Assembly: GCA_014381545.1 (NCBI GenBank)
Contig: JACNLL010000026.1
Span: 1 to 57,779, forward strand
Reading direction: 5' to 3'
Length of the DNA stretch: 57,779 bases
From: Candidatus Desulfaltia bathyphila
Lineage (GTDB): Bacteria > Desulfobacterota > Desulfobacteria > Desulfobacterales > ETH-SRB1
In this document: positions 19,936 through 30,583 of the stretch, piece after piece
Layout of the letters: each line of letters begins with the position of its first letter
How positions within the stretch are numbered: position 1 is the stretch's first letter
Position numbers and translations under genes: made by a program
The notes under the pieces: generated by a model
Database searches by the model: none
What the model was told of the DNA's origin: nothing
What the model saw: only the letters and a program-made list of their open reading frames with translations

Positions 19936-20674
19936 TCGCATCCTTTATTCTCTCGATTGCCAGAACTGCATCGCCCCCGGCATCAAACGGCGCCTGCTCA
20001 TTGATATCTGCCTGTATCAGTTTATCATCATACGGAATTGCGCCGATTACAGGAATTCCGAGTCTGTCCAGTTTTGCGCTGATTGCGTCAATATCGCGTT
20101 CGCTCGCTCTATTGATTACGGCAGCCAGTCTTCCGATTCCGATCTTTTTACTTAATTTCTGTATCCGTGCCGCTGTTTCGATTGATCTGGTTCCGGGCTC
20201 GACCACCACAATCATCAGATCAACCCCGCTAGCGGTTCCGCGCCCGAGATGCTCAATGCCGGCTTCCATATCAAGGATCACAATACTCTGTTCCCGAAGC
20301 AGCACATGACGCAGCAGCGCACGCAGCAACGAGGATGCAGGGCACATACATCCTGATCCTCCTTTGTCAATGGTTCCCATTGTGAGCATGGAAACACCAT
20401 GCTCGGTCACGCCAAATCGACAAGCGATGTCATCCACCTTCGGGTTCAGTTTGAAGATACCTCCTGTGTCTGTGCCTGCTCGTTCTTCGATTAGTTTTTT
20501 GTGTTCTGTGAGCGGAGCAGGTGGGTTTTTGATACCGATGGCAGATGCCAGGTTCATATCAGGATCGGCATCGATTGCAAGAACTGCAAAGCCGTCTGCT
20601 GCGAAGATGCGGGCGAGCGTGCCTGCAAGTGTGGTCTTGCCGACGCCGCCTTTGCCTGTGATTGCGATTTTCAT
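19874..20674 (-). CDS. cooC: CO dehydrogenase/ACS nickel-insertion ATPase (CooC/AcsF)
   Basis: GKGGVGKTT, IDADPDMNL, GGSGCMCP, DMEAGIEHLGRGT, VVEP. Confidence 0.93.
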   Translation of the reverse strand: MKIAITGKGGVGKTTLAGTLARIFAADGFAVLAIDADPDMNLASAIGIKNPPAPLTEHKKLIEERAGTDTGGIFKLNPKVDDIACRFGVTEHGVSMLTMGTIDKGGSGCMCPASSLLRALLRHVLLREQSIVILDMEAGIEHLGRGTASGVDLMIVVVEPGTRSIETAARIQKLSKKIGIGRLAAVINRASERDIDAISAKLDRLGIPVIGAIPYDDKLIQADINEQAPFDAGGDAVLAIERIKDAITRIHNLYATAYLQPFPRIL

Positions 20675-20727
20675 TGTTGCTCCTTTGGGATGTTAGAGAC
20701 TCGCTTTTTTGTGAGCTAAAAGCTGTC

Positions 20728-20760
20728 GAAGATTCCCTGTAGCTTGCTACAGGGTTCTTC
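20728..20760. repeat. Palindrome (IS200/IS605-end or REP-like) upstream of cooC
   Basis: CCCTGTAGC-TT-GCTACAGGG perfect 9-bp stem extended by GAAGA/TCTTC. Confidence 0.6.
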
Positions 20761-20918
20761 AATTGTGTGTCAAGAGAAAAAGCAACGAGTAACCAGCAAC
20801 GAGTAATATAAAAAAAATGAATAATTTATACTTGACTAAATGAAAGATACCATATTATAAAGATTTTAAATAAATATGATTCAGTAAATTATTGGAATAC
20901 AGAAAAAAGGAGGGAATT

Positions 20919-22682
20919 ATGGTTCTCGATCCAACCAAATATAAAGACTGGGAAATTGCCGAATATGCTGAAAAGAATATGAAAACGGTTTATCAATTGG
21001 GAGAGGAGCTTGGGTTGGAGAAAGATGAACTCCTTCCACATGGACATTATGTGGCAAAAGTCGATTTTGCAAAAGTTTTAAAACGCCTGAAAGATAAACC
21101 GGACGGTAAATATATTGATGTCACCGCCATTACTCCCACTCCGCTTGGAGAAGGCAAAAGCACTTCTGCCATGGGATTGGTGCCCGGGCTTGGCAAGCGT
21201 GGAAAACGGGTTATCGGCGCTATCCGTCAACCTTCCGGCGGTCCGACTATGAATATAAAGGGGAGCGCCGCAGGCGGCGGCCTGGCCCAGTGTATCCCTC
21301 TTACCCCGTTTTCATTAGGGCTTACAGGCGATATTAATGCCATTATGAATGCGCATAATCTGGCCATGGTAGCTTTGACAGCCAGAATGCAGCATGAAAA
21401 CAACTATTCTGATGAGATACTGGCGAAAAAGAATCTGAAACGGCTCGATATTAATCCCAAAAATGTGGAAATGGGGTGGATTATCGATTTTTGCGCTCAA
21501 TCGCTTCGGAATATTATCATAGGTCTTGGCGGAAAGATGGACGGTTTCCCCATGCAGTCTAAATTCGGGATTGCCGTAAGCTCGGAGATTATGGCTATTC
21601 TGGCGGTTGCTACCGACCTGAAAGATATGCGTGAACGGATGGGAAAGATCGTGGTTGCCTATAATAAAAAAGGCGATCCTGTTACTACAGCAGACCTTGA
21701 GGTTGACGGCGCCATGACTGCATGGATGGTGGAAGCGCTCAACCCGAATCTCCTCCAGACTTTAGAAGGGCAGCCGGTCTTTGTGCACGCAGGGCCGTTT
21801 GCAAATATCGCAATAGGCCAGTCATCTATTATAGCGGACAGGGTTGGATTAAAACTTGCAGACTACAATGTTACGGAAAGTGGTTTTGGAGCTGACATCG
21901 GGTTTGAAAAATTCTGGAACTTAAAGTGTCGTTTTAGTGGTTTGAAACCGCATTGCGCTGTAGTAGTGGCAACTATTCGCGCATTAAAATGTCATGGTGG
22001 CGGGCCTCCTCTGCCTCCGGGGAAACCAATGGATCCGGCTTATCTTGAAGAGCATGTGGACTGGGTGGAAAATGGTTGCGAAAATTTAACTCACCATATC
22101 CGAACCGTTAAAAAGGCGGGAATCAACCCTGTGGTCTGCATCAATTCCTTCTATACCGATACCAAAGATGAAATAGCAGCGGTTCGCAGGTCGGCAGAAG
22201 CCGCGGGCGCCCGCGTTGCCGTTTCCGAACATTGGCTTAAAGGTGGTGACGGGGCTCTAGAATTTGCCGATGCGGTTATCGATGCGTGTGAGGAGGAAAA
22301 TGACTTTCACTTTCTTTATGATCTTGAGACTCCATTGCGCAAGAAGATTGAATTGATTGCTAAAGAGGTATATGGCGCGGACGGTGTAAGTTATACCCAG
22401 GAAGCCGAAGCCAAGGCAAAGAGAATTGAACAGGATCCGGAACTGGCAAAATTGGGTACATGTATGGTCAAAACCCATCTAAGTCTTTCTCACGATCCGG
22501 TTAAAAAAGGTGTGCCGAAAGACTGGACACTCCCTGTTCGGGATATCTTGACGTATAAAGGGGCGGGATTCGTGGTGCCCGTGGCAGGGGCAATCAGCCT
22601 GATGCCGGGAACGGCTTCTGATCCGGCCTATCGGCGTATTGATGTTGATGTGGAGACCGGAAAAGTAAAGGGGTTGTTTTAA
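20919..22682 (+). CDS. fhs: Formate--tetrahydrofolate ligase
   Basis: [60 protein letters not shown]; AGGAGG RBS. Confidence 0.97.
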   Translation: MVLDPTKYKDWEIAEYAEKNMKTVYQLGEELGLEKDELLPHGHYVAKVDFAKVLKRLKDKPDGKYIDVTAITPTPLGEGKSTSAMGLVPGLGKRGKRVIGAIRQPSGGPTMNIKGSAAGGGLAQCIPLTPFSLGLTGDINAIMNAHNLAMVALTARMQHENNYSDEILAKKNLKRLDINPKNVEMGWIIDFCAQSLRNIIIGLGGKMDGFPMQSKFGIAVSSEIMAILAVATDLKDMRERMGKIVVAYNKKGDPVTTADLEVDGAMTAWMVEALNPNLLQTLEGQPVFVHAGPFANIAIGQSSIIADRVGLKLADYNVTESGFGADIGFEKFWNLKCRFSGLKPHCAVVVATIRALKCHGGGPPLPPGKPMDPAYLEEHVDWVENGCENLTHHIRTVKKAGINPVVCINSFYTDTKDEIAAVRRSAEAAGARVAVSEHWLKGGDGALEFADAVIDACEEENDFHFLYDLETPLRKKIELIAKEVYGADGVSYTQEAEAKAKRIEQDPELAKLGTCMVKTHLSLSHDPVKKGVPKDWTLPVRDILTYKGAGFVVPVAGAISLMPGTASDPAYRRIDVDVETGKVKGLF

Positions 22683-22695
22683 GGAAATTAAGATA

Positions 22696-23574
22696 ATGTC
22701 TGCAAAGATTATCAGCGGCACTGAAATCGCCAAACAGATACGGGAAGAACTGAAAAAAGAGATAGTGGAATTAAAGGAAAGACACGGTGTAACTCCGGGG
22801 TTGGCCACAGTTCTTGTGGGTGACGATCCAGCCTCCAAGGTATATGTGGGCCAAAAGGAGAAGTCGTGTAGCAATTTGGGGATATATTCGGAAAGAATCG
22901 ATTTGTCTGGAAATATCTCGGAGGAAAAGCTTCTCTTGCTAATTGAGAAATTGAACAAGGATTCACGGATTCACGGGATATTGGTTCAGCTCCCTCTTCC
23001 TAAACAGATTAATGAATCCCGCGTTATATGTGCCATTGATCCCGCTAAAGATGTGGATGGTTTCCATCCGGTAAATATAGGAAAGATGGTGATCGGGGAA
23101 AAGTGTTTTCTCCCCTGTACCCCTCATGGGATACTGGAGCTTCTGGCCCGTTCCGGTGTGCAAACAGAAGGCGCCGAGGTCGTAGTTGTGGGCAGGAGCA
23201 ACATTGTTGGGAAACCTGTCCTTAATCTGATGCTCCAAAAACGACCAGCAGGCAATGCAACGGTAACGTTGTGCCATACAAAAACAAAAGACTTGGCCTT
23301 CCACACAAAGCGAGCAGACATCCTGATAGTAGCTACCGGTTATCCCAAGACAGTTACAGGGGACATGGTAAAAGAGGGGGTTGTGGTTATCGATGTGGGG
23401 GTAAATCGGATAGGAAAGACTCCGGAAGGCAAAGCAATTTTAGTAGGCGACGTAGACTTTGAAAGTGTAAAAGAAAAAGCCGCCGCCATTACGCCGGTAC
23501 CCGGCGGCGTCGGCCCCATGACCATCGTCATGCTGATGAAGAATACGATACAAGCGGCCAAAAATACAATATAA
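22696..23574 (+). CDS. folD: Methylene-THF dehydrogenase/cyclohydrolase
   Basis: GILVQLPLP, KDVDGFHP, PCTP.G, GRSNIVGKP, TPVPGGVGPMT. Confidence 0.97.
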   Translation: MSAKIISGTEIAKQIREELKKEIVELKERHGVTPGLATVLVGDDPASKVYVGQKEKSCSNLGIYSERIDLSGNISEEKLLLLIEKLNKDSRIHGILVQLPLPKQINESRVICAIDPAKDVDGFHPVNIGKMVIGEKCFLPCTPHGILELLARSGVQTEGAEVVVVGRSNIVGKPVLNLMLQKRPAGNATVTLCHTKTKDLAFHTKRADILIVATGYPKTVTGDMVKEGVVVIDVGVNRIGKTPEGKAILVGDVDFESVKEKAAAITPVPGGVGPMTIVMLMKNTIQAAKNTI

Positions 23575-23589
23575 GCTAATGAAAAATTA

Positions 23590-23661
23590 AACCGCGAAGG
23601 GGCACGAAGGTTAGGAAGAGTGCTTTTATAATTTCTTTGTGTTCTTCGTGCTCTTCGTGGT
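23590..23661. repeat. Inverted 9-mer array element
   Basis: accgcgaag/ggcacgaag ... ctttgtgtt cttcgtgct cttcgtggt. Confidence 0.65.
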
Positions 23662-23738
23662 GAAAAACATGATAAAAAAGCTCCGATTATGACTGTTCAA
23701 AACCTAAGCAGCTATGAGCTAATCTTGGAGGATTGATT

Positions 23739-25697
23739 ATGGGATCAAGAAGATCTCCTGTTGGCGTGGCGCCCCGTTGCCTCGGTATTGATTGTGAGGG
23801 AAGCACCTGTGTTGCAAAGCAGGCCGAGGGCAAGGGGGTTGTTACCTACATCCAACGGATGAACAAAAGCGCTATTGAGCCTTGTCTTTTCGGTCAGGGG
23901 GGCACATGTTGTCGTAATTGCTCCTTTGGCCCGTGCATGATGATCGAAGATGTTCCGGAATCGATCGGGATCTGCGGGGCTACTCCTGCTACAGTGGCAG
24001 CGCGTAATTTTTGTCGTATGGTTGCTGCAGGGGCGTCTGCACACATGGATCACGCCCTTGAGACAGCAATGGCATTTCTGGCCGCGGCAAAAGGAGAATC
24101 CGAGTATAAAATCAAGGATGAAAAGAAGCTTCGTGCGCTGGCAGAGGTCTTTGAAATAAAGACAAAAGACCGGAACACAAAGGATATTGCTATTGAGCTG
24201 GGTGAAAAGGCATTAGCTGAATTCGGGAAGCAAGAAGGAGGCCTGTACTGCATACGTCGTGCACCTGAAAAGCGGCAAGAAGTATGGAAAAAAATCGGTG
24301 TTGCCCCGCGTGGTATACAGCGGGAAGTGGTAGAAATCATGCATCGGACCCATATGGGGACCGACCAGGATTATCGCAACCTGCTTCTTCAGGCCACCAG
24401 GTGTGCACTGGCAGACGGTTGGGGCGCATCCATGATATCTACCGAACTTCAGGACATCATGTTCGGAACTCCGGTTCCGACTCGGGCGGTGGTCAACCTT
24501 GGTGTTCTTTCCAAAGACGAGGTCAACGTGGTTGTACACGGTCATGAACCGATCCTGTCTGAAGCCATGGTGTTGGTTGCTGAGGATCCGGAGATGATAG
24601 AGGCAGCCAAAAAGGTGGGAGCAAAAGGGATCAATCTGGTCGGTGTCTGCTGTACCGGAAATGAGATCCTCATGCGTCACGGAATCCCTGTTGCAGGGAG
24701 CTTTATCCAGCAGGAGATCGTGCTTGCAACAGGCGCTGTAGAGGTAATGGTAGTAGATGTTCAATGCGTCATGCAGTCTCTTCCTGCTGTGGCCGGGTGT
24801 TTCCATACTGAGATGATTACCACGTCTGACCGGGCAAAAATTCCTGGCGCAAAACATATAGAGGTACATCATCACAATGCATCGGAAGCAGCCAGGCAGA
24901 TAGTCCAACGCGCTATTGACAGGTATCCGCAGCGAGGGGAGATCAATATCCCACACAATAAGATGGATGTGGTGGTCGGCTTCAGTCATGAGACAATCAA
25001 TCATATATTGGGTGGCGCCTTCCGTGCGTCGTACCGTCCCTTGAATGACAATATCATCAATGGTCGTATCCGGGGGGTCGGAGCAGTTGTAGGATGTGAC
25101 AGCGTGCGCGTACGTTCCGGGCACGTGCATACCACTGTGGTAAAAGAGTTGATAGCCAACAATGTCCTGGTTCTTGTCACAGGCTGTGCTGCTACTGCAT
25201 GTGGACGTGCAGGACTTTTAACGCCTGAGGCTGCAGAGCTGGCAGGGCCGGGCTTGAGAGAGGTATGTGAGACCGTGGGTATGCCCCCGGTATTGCACAT
25301 GGGATCATGTGTGGACAACAGCCGGATCCTGATCGCTGCGACAGAGATTGTCCGTGAGGGGGGGCTTGGCGACGATATTTACCAGGTGCCTGCGGCCGGT
25401 TGTGCGCCGGAGTGGATGAGTGAAAAGGCGATATCTATTGGACATTATTTTGTTGCAAGTGGCGTTTTTGTTGTATTTGGTCGCACCTTTCCAACAACTG
25501 GAAGCAAGGTTGTGACCGATTTTCTGTTCAGTGAAATGGAAGAGCTGTACGGCGGAATGTGGGCGGTTGAATCCGATCCAATAAAGATGGCGCAACTGAT
25601 GATCGAGCGTATAGAGAAAGGGCGAGATGCCCTCGGTATCCAGGAGAAGAAGAAAAGAGTCCTCTATGACATGGCCATGAGGCGTGAGCTGGAATAA
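23739..25697 (+). CDS. cooS: Anaerobic Ni-CO dehydrogenase catalytic subunit
   Basis: PCLFG..GTCCRNC..GPC (D/B clusters), VHGHEP, GVCCTGNE, VDVQC, TGCAA, HMGSCVDNSR, SEKA. Confidence 0.96.
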   Translation: MGSRRSPVGVAPRCLGIDCEGSTCVAKQAEGKGVVTYIQRMNKSAIEPCLFGQGGTCCRNCSFGPCMMIEDVPESIGICGATPATVAARNFCRMVAAGASAHMDHALETAMAFLAAAKGESEYKIKDEKKLRALAEVFEIKTKDRNTKDIAIELGEKALAEFGKQEGGLYCIRRAPEKRQEVWKKIGVAPRGIQREVVEIMHRTHMGTDQDYRNLLLQATRCALADGWGASMISTELQDIMFGTPVPTRAVVNLGVLSKDEVNVVVHGHEPILSEAMVLVAEDPEMIEAAKKVGAKGINLVGVCCTGNEILMRHGIPVAGSFIQQEIVLATGAVEVMVVDVQCVMQSLPAVAGCFHTEMITTSDRAKIPGAKHIEVHHHNASEAARQIVQRAIDRYPQRGEINIPHNKMDVVVGFSHETINHILGGAFRASYRPLNDNIINGRIRGVGAVVGCDSVRVRSGHVHTTVVKELIANNVLVLVTGCAATACGRAGLLTPEAAELAGPGLREVCETVGMPPVLHMGSCVDNSRILIAATEIVREGGLGDDIYQVPAAGCAPEWMSEKAISIGHYFVASGVFVVFGRTFPTTGSKVVTDFLFSEMEELYGGMWAVESDPIKMAQLMIERIEKGRDALGIQEKKKRVLYDMAMRRELE

Positions 25698-25717
25698 GTG
25701 GCTAAATAGTTACAAAT

Positions 25718-28700
25718 ATGAAAGAAAGTAAAACGACAAAAAAAGGTTCCGTACTCGTTGTGGGCGGCGGGGTGGCCGGCGTTCAGGCGGCGCTCGACCT
25801 TGCCGATCTGGGTTACTATGTCTACCTTGTCGAAAAATCAGCTTCGATCGGCGGGGCTATGGCCCGGCTCGACAAGACCTTTCCCACAAATGACTGTTCC
25901 ATTTGTATCCTGGCGCCCAAGCTGGTTGAGGCCGGCAGGTCACCGAACATAAAGATTATAACAAAAGCGACTCTGGCATCCGTGGACGGAGAGGCGGGCA
26001 ACTTCACTGCCGAAGTTCACTGTGAGCCCCGATACATCAACGAAGAACTGTGTACTGCCTGCGGCATGTGCACCATGTACTGTCCCATAGTTATTCCTGA
26101 CGCTTACAATGAGGGCTTTACCGTAACAAAAAATCCTCATATGGACTATCCTCAGGCTGTTCCTGCGAGTTTCTATATCGATCCAAAGGAGTGCCTTTTT
26201 GTCAACAATCAGACCTGCCGGATATGCGTATCTACCTGTCAGGCCCAGGCGATCGACCTTGATGCAAAGGAGGAGACGCTTGACTTAGCCGTAGGCGCTG
26301 TAATACTTGCCCCGGGTTTCGGCTCGCTGAGTGAAGATATACTGAGTCGTTTTGGTTACGGTTCCTACCCCAATGTACTTACCGGTTTCGAGTTTGAAAG
26401 GATGATGTGCGCTTCTGGTCCATCCAACGGGGAGATCCTTCGGCCATCAGATGGAAAGCATCCAAAACGTATTGCCATTTTACAGTGCGTCGGTTCAAGA
26501 GATGTAACGTGCGGCAACGGGTACTGTTCATCGGTTTGCTGTATGTATGCCGTAAAGGAGGCCACGGTCGTGAAAGAACATGACCCTGATCTTGAAATTG
26601 TTATCTTCTATATGGAGATGCGGACTCAAGGTAAGGGATTTGACGCTGCTCGCCAAAGGGCCGAAAAAGAGTATGGTCTTCGATTTGTCCGGGCAAGGGT
26701 TGCCGGTGTCCGGGAAAACGGCAAAAACTTAAGGATTCCTTATGTAAATGAGAAGGGAGAGCACATAGCCGAAGATTTTGATATGGTGATCCTGGCTCAG
26801 GGCCTTGAGTCACCCACTGATGCTGAACCACTGGCATCTGCCGCTGGAATCGATCTCAATCACTATGATTTTTGCAAGACGGGTAACTTTTCACCGCTTG
26901 AGACAACCAGGCCGGGGATTTTTGTAGCCGGTGCTTTCCAGGGCCCAAAGGATATCCCGGATAGTGTAACTCAGGCATGTGGCGCGGCCGCTCTTGCCGC
27001 AGAGCTCCTGCGGGATGTTCGTGGAACCAGTGCAGTGAAGAAAGAATATCCGGCTGAAATCGAGATAGAAGCAAAACCGCGGATCGGTGTGCTTGTCTGT
27101 CACTGCGGAATCAACATCGGTGGCGTGGTGGATGTGCCGGCAGTGAAGGAGTATGCCTCTACACTCGATAATGTAGTATTTTGTGATAGAAATCCGTATA
27201 GTTGCTCGCAGGATACGCAAGTTGCAATCAGAGAAAAGATCAAAGAATATAAATTGAACAGGATAGTGGTTGCTGCCTGTACCCCCCGTACTCATGAACC
27301 CCTATTCCAGGAAACCCTGAGAGATGCAGGCTTGAACCGTTCTTTATTTGAAATGGTTAATATAAGGGATCAGTGTTCATGGGTGCATATGCATGAACCG
27401 GCAGAAGCAACGGCCAAGGCTAAAGAGCTTGTAAGGATGGCAGTGGCAAAGGCAAACCTCCTTAAGCCCCTTGTTGAACAGACCGTTCCGGTTATCCCAA
27501 AGGCACTTGTTGTCGGTGGGGGTGTCTCCGGTATGACCGCAGCTTTGAGTATTGCGGAGCAGGGGTTTGAGTGTTTTCTTGTAGAAAAAGCCGATCGACT
27601 TGGCGGAAATCTCGACAATCTTGTTTTTACCCTTTCCGGGGACGATCCGCATGCACTTCTCGAGCAACTCAAAAAGAAGATAGAGCAAGAACCACTTATA
27701 CATGCCTATACTAATTCAACTGTTGAAAACATATCCGGGTATGTGGGGAATTTTACCACGTCAATCAACTCCGGCTCTAAAACTGAGACTGTGGAACATG
27801 GCGTTATAATTATAGCCACCGGCGGCAGGCCATATCAGCCTACACAATATCTTTATGGAAAATCAAAGCAAGTGCTCACACAGCTTGAATTGGAAAAGAT
27901 AATCTCTTCTGATGTTGAGGTAACAAAGATACAAGAAATCGTTATGATTCAATGCGTGGGATCACGTGGACAAGACCTTGCCTATTGCAGCAAGATATGC
28001 TGCATGCAGGCGGTTAAAAACGCCTTGAAGATACTGGAGTTAAATTCACGTGCCACTGTATATATTCTTTACAGGGACATGCGAACCTATGGGTTTGCGG
28101 AAGACTACTACAGAAAGGCCAGAGAAAAAGGTGTAATCTTCATCCACTATGAAAAGGATGCTCTCCCTGAAGTTACCGAAGAAGGCGGAAAGGTTAAGAT
28201 TGAATTTTTGGATCCCTTGCTTGATGAAAAGGTAGCCATTAAACCGGATTTGCTGGCATTGAGCGTAGGGATTGTGCCACATGATGTGGAACAACTGGCA
28301 AAGGATCTCAAGGTTCCTCTTACCGGCGATAAGTTTTTCCTGGAAGCTCATGCCAAGCTTCGCCCGGTAGAATTCTCTGTAAGCGGGGTCTACCTGTGTG
28401 GGCTGGCGCATTCCCCAAAACCTATCGATGAATCGATTGCACAGGCAAAGGCTGCGGCATCAAAAGCCGGCGCCTCGCTGGCAAAGGGATTTGTATCGGT
28501 GGAACCGATTGTCTCGGTAGTTAACACCGATGTCTGTATCGGCTGCGGCATCTGTGAGAGTCTCTGCCCATATAGTGCGATCAGGATAATCAGGGTGGGA
28601 AAAAGGAAAAAAGCCGAGACGATTTCAGCTTCATGCAAGGGGTGCGGTGTATGCGCCTCACATTGCCCAACATTTGCCATATCAATGGGGGGCTTCACTA

Positions 28701-28744
28701 ATGAAGAGATAATGGCCCAGATAAGGGCGTTTGGTGGAAATTAG
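25718..28744 (+). CDS. hdrA: Heterodisulfide reductase subunit A, double FAD-domain form (1008 aa)
   Basis: [16 protein letters not shown], two QCVGSR..YCS..CC motifs, [27 protein letters not shown]-terminal 2x[4Fe-4S]. Confidence 0.93.
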   Translation: MKESKTTKKGSVLVVGGGVAGVQAALDLADLGYYVYLVEKSASIGGAMARLDKTFPTNDCSICILAPKLVEAGRSPNIKIITKATLASVDGEAGNFTAEVHCEPRYINEELCTACGMCTMYCPIVIPDAYNEGFTVTKNPHMDYPQAVPASFYIDPKECLFVNNQTCRICVSTCQAQAIDLDAKEETLDLAVGAVILAPGFGSLSEDILSRFGYGSYPNVLTGFEFERMMCASGPSNGEILRPSDGKHPKRIAILQCVGSRDVTCGNGYCSSVCCMYAVKEATVVKEHDPDLEIVIFYMEMRTQGKGFDAARQRAEKEYGLRFVRARVAGVRENGKNLRIPYVNEKGEHIAEDFDMVILAQGLESPTDAEPLASAAGIDLNHYDFCKTGNFSPLETTRPGIFVAGAFQGPKDIPDSVTQACGAAALAAELLRDVRGTSAVKKEYPAEIEIEAKPRIGVLVCHCGINIGGVVDVPAVKEYASTLDNVVFCDRNPYSCSQDTQVAIREKIKEYKLNRIVVAACTPRTHEPLFQETLRDAGLNRSLFEMVNIRDQCSWVHMHEPAEATAKAKELVRMAVAKANLLKPLVEQTVPVIPKALVVGGGVSGMTAALSIAEQGFECFLVEKADRLGGNLDNLVFTLSGDDPHALLEQLKKKIEQEPLIHAYTNSTVENISGYVGNFTTSINSGSKTETVEHGVIIIATGGRPYQPTQYLYGKSKQVLTQLELEKIISSDVEVTKIQEIVMIQCVGSRGQDLAYCSKICCMQAVKNALKILELNSRATVYILYRDMRTYGFAEDYYRKAREKGVIFIHYEKDALPEVTEEGGKVKIEFLDPLLDEKVAIKPDLLALSVGIVPHDVEQLAKDLKVPLTGDKFFLEAHAKLRPVEFSVSGVYLCGLAHSPKPIDESIAQAKAAASKAGASLAKGFVSVEPIVSVVNTDVCIGCGICESLCPYSAIRIIRVGKRKKAETISASCKGCGVCASHCPTFAISMGGFTNEEIMAQIRAFGGN

Positions 28745-28755
28745 GAGATAAAACT

Positions 28756-29544
28756 ATGAAATCACAAGTTACGCTTACCACTCTTTACAAGATGAAGGAA
28801 AAAGGTGAAAAAATAGTTGCTCTTACAGCCTATGATTATCCATTTGCAAAGATAGTTAATGATTCAGGAGTACATATGATCCTTGTAGGGGATTCAGTAG
28901 GAATGGTGATTCAAGGAAAATCGAGCACCCTGCCGGTTACAATGGATGAAATGATATACCATACCTGCATTGTGTCAAAAGCCGCCGGAAATGCAATGAT
29001 TGTCGGTGACATGCCGTTTATGTCTTACCAGACAAGCATAGAAGATGCAATTGCCAATGCAGGACGTTTTCTTAAAGAAGCAGGCGCTGCTGCAGTCAAG
29101 CTGGAGGGAGGAAGAGCCGTCAGTGAAACAATAAAAGCAATTTCAGGAGCTGGAATTCCGGTACAGGCCCACATAGGCCTTACACCGCAATCTGTTCACC
29201 AGATGGGAGGCTACAGGGTTCAGCGCAATGAAGAACAGCTCATGGCAGATGCCCTTGAGATAGAATCCGCCGGAGCCTTTTCCGTTGTTTTAGAAGGTAT
29301 CCCATCCGAAATTTCAGAAAAGATAACTAAAGCGCTTGCCATACCGACAATAGGAATAGGAGCGGGTCCACATTGCGACGGGCAGATACTTGTGCTGCAC
29401 GACCTTTTAGGGTTAAATGACAGGCATCTGCCAAAATTCGTAAAGCAATACGCCAATCTGCTTGATGATGCAAAAACCGGAATAAAACAGTATATAGAGG
29501 AAGTGCAGGCAGGTAAATTTCCCGCCAAAAAGCATTGTTATTGA
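28756..29544 (+). CDS. panB: 3-methyl-2-oxobutanoate (ketopantoate) hydroxymethyltransferase
   Basis: [50 protein letters not shown]. Confidence 0.96.
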   Translation: MKSQVTLTTLYKMKEKGEKIVALTAYDYPFAKIVNDSGVHMILVGDSVGMVIQGKSSTLPVTMDEMIYHTCIVSKAAGNAMIVGDMPFMSYQTSIEDAIANAGRFLKEAGAAAVKLEGGRAVSETIKAISGAGIPVQAHIGLTPQSVHQMGGYRVQRNEEQLMADALEIESAGAFSVVLEGIPSEISEKITKALAIPTIGIGAGPHCDGQILVLHDLLGLNDRHLPKFVKQYANLLDDAKTGIKQYIEEVQAGKFPAKKHCY

Positions 29545-29547
29545 AAT

Positions 29548-30426
29548 ATGAAACCATCTTTTGCCATTATAGGATGCGGAAAGGTCGGCACTGCGCTGGG
29601 GAAATTTCTTGCAAAGGCCGGCTATAAACCAGCCGGGTTTGCCAGTAAAAGCCTTTCGTCTGCCGAGAGGGCTGCTGAAATCAGCGGTTCTGATAATTGC
29701 AGCCGGATTCCCTGGGAAATAACAAGAAAGGCGGATATCGTTTTTATAACAACACCTGACAGCGCTATAGCCGACACGTGCAACAGTATCTCCCTTCATT
29801 CCGGTTTCTGTAAAAATGGTGTGGTACTGCACTGCAGCGGAGCGCTCCCTTCAACCATTCTATCATCTGTAAAAGAGTGTGGCGCTTTTGCGGGGTCAAT
29901 GCATCCTCTCCAGACTTTTGCTTCAGTTGAGATTGAAAAAAATCCTTTTCAGGATATAATAATTTCCCTGGAAGGTGAAAAGGAAGCTGTCAGTATAGCA
30001 AGGAAAATCGCAACCGACCTTGGGGCAACCTGCTTTACAATACAAACAGAGGCCAAAACACTCTATCATGCTTCGGCAGTGGCAGCATCAAACTACCTTG
30101 TAACAGTGCTCGGCCTTTCCTTAAAGCTTATTGAAGCGGCAGGGATATCAGGCGCAGATGCTTTAAAAGCGCTAAAACCACTAATTGAAGGGACGCTTTC
30201 CAACATAGAAAAAGCCGGGATTGACAGAGCGCTTACCGGCCCCATTGTCAGAGGAGATATTGAAACCGTAAAAAAACATTTGGTCCAGATAGGTTTAAAA
30301 ACGCCCGACCTTCTCGACCTTTACAAGACACTGGGCTTTCATACAGTCGATATTGCAATGGCAGGAGGCGGTCTTTCAGAATCATCAGCTCAAAAGTTGA
30401 AAAAGATTACATCGCCTGATTCTTAA
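29548..30426 (+). CDS. Rossmann-like + DUF2520 protein (PanG-type ketopantoate reductase)
   Basis: IIGCGKVG, VLHCSGA, SMHPLQTF, LYHASAVAASNY, ALTGPIVRGD; adjacent to panB. Confidence 0.82.
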   Translation: MKPSFAIIGCGKVGTALGKFLAKAGYKPAGFASKSLSSAERAAEISGSDNCSRIPWEITRKADIVFITTPDSAIADTCNSISLHSGFCKNGVVLHCSGALPSTILSSVKECGAFAGSMHPLQTFASVEIEKNPFQDIIISLEGEKEAVSIARKIATDLGATCFTIQTEAKTLYHASAVAASNYLVTVLGLSLKLIEAAGISGADALKALKPLIEGTLSNIEKAGIDRALTGPIVRGDIETVKKHLVQIGLKTPDLLDLYKTLGFHTVDIAMAGGGLSESSAQKLKKITSPDS

Positions 30427-30453
30427 TGAACTTAGTTCGCTTCGCTCACAAAT

Positions 30454-30566
30454 TAGTCGAGTGGTCGAATAGTCGAGTGGAGAAATAGTCGAGCAGGAAT
30501 TAGTCAACCACTTGACCACTCGACCAATCAGCTACTCGACGACTCGACTATTTAACTACTCGACTA
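30454..30566. repeat. Inverted octamer array element (TAGTCGAG)n ... (CTCGACTA)n
   Basis: Five units of tagtcgag/tggtcgaa followed by ~7 reverse-complement units. Confidence 0.8.
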
Positions 30567-30583
30567 AAGTCAAGGAAAATAAA

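Noticed and set aside
24213-25130. 305-aa minus-strand ORF (and similar long antisense ORFs at 1991-2728 and 10582-11358)
   Set aside because: Fully antisense to well-supported genes (cooS, mscS, ABC permease); no independent coding evidence.
30512-30583. N-terminal extension of mvhD in the ORF track
   Set aside because: Derived from the octamer repeat; homology and the RBS point to ATG 30584.
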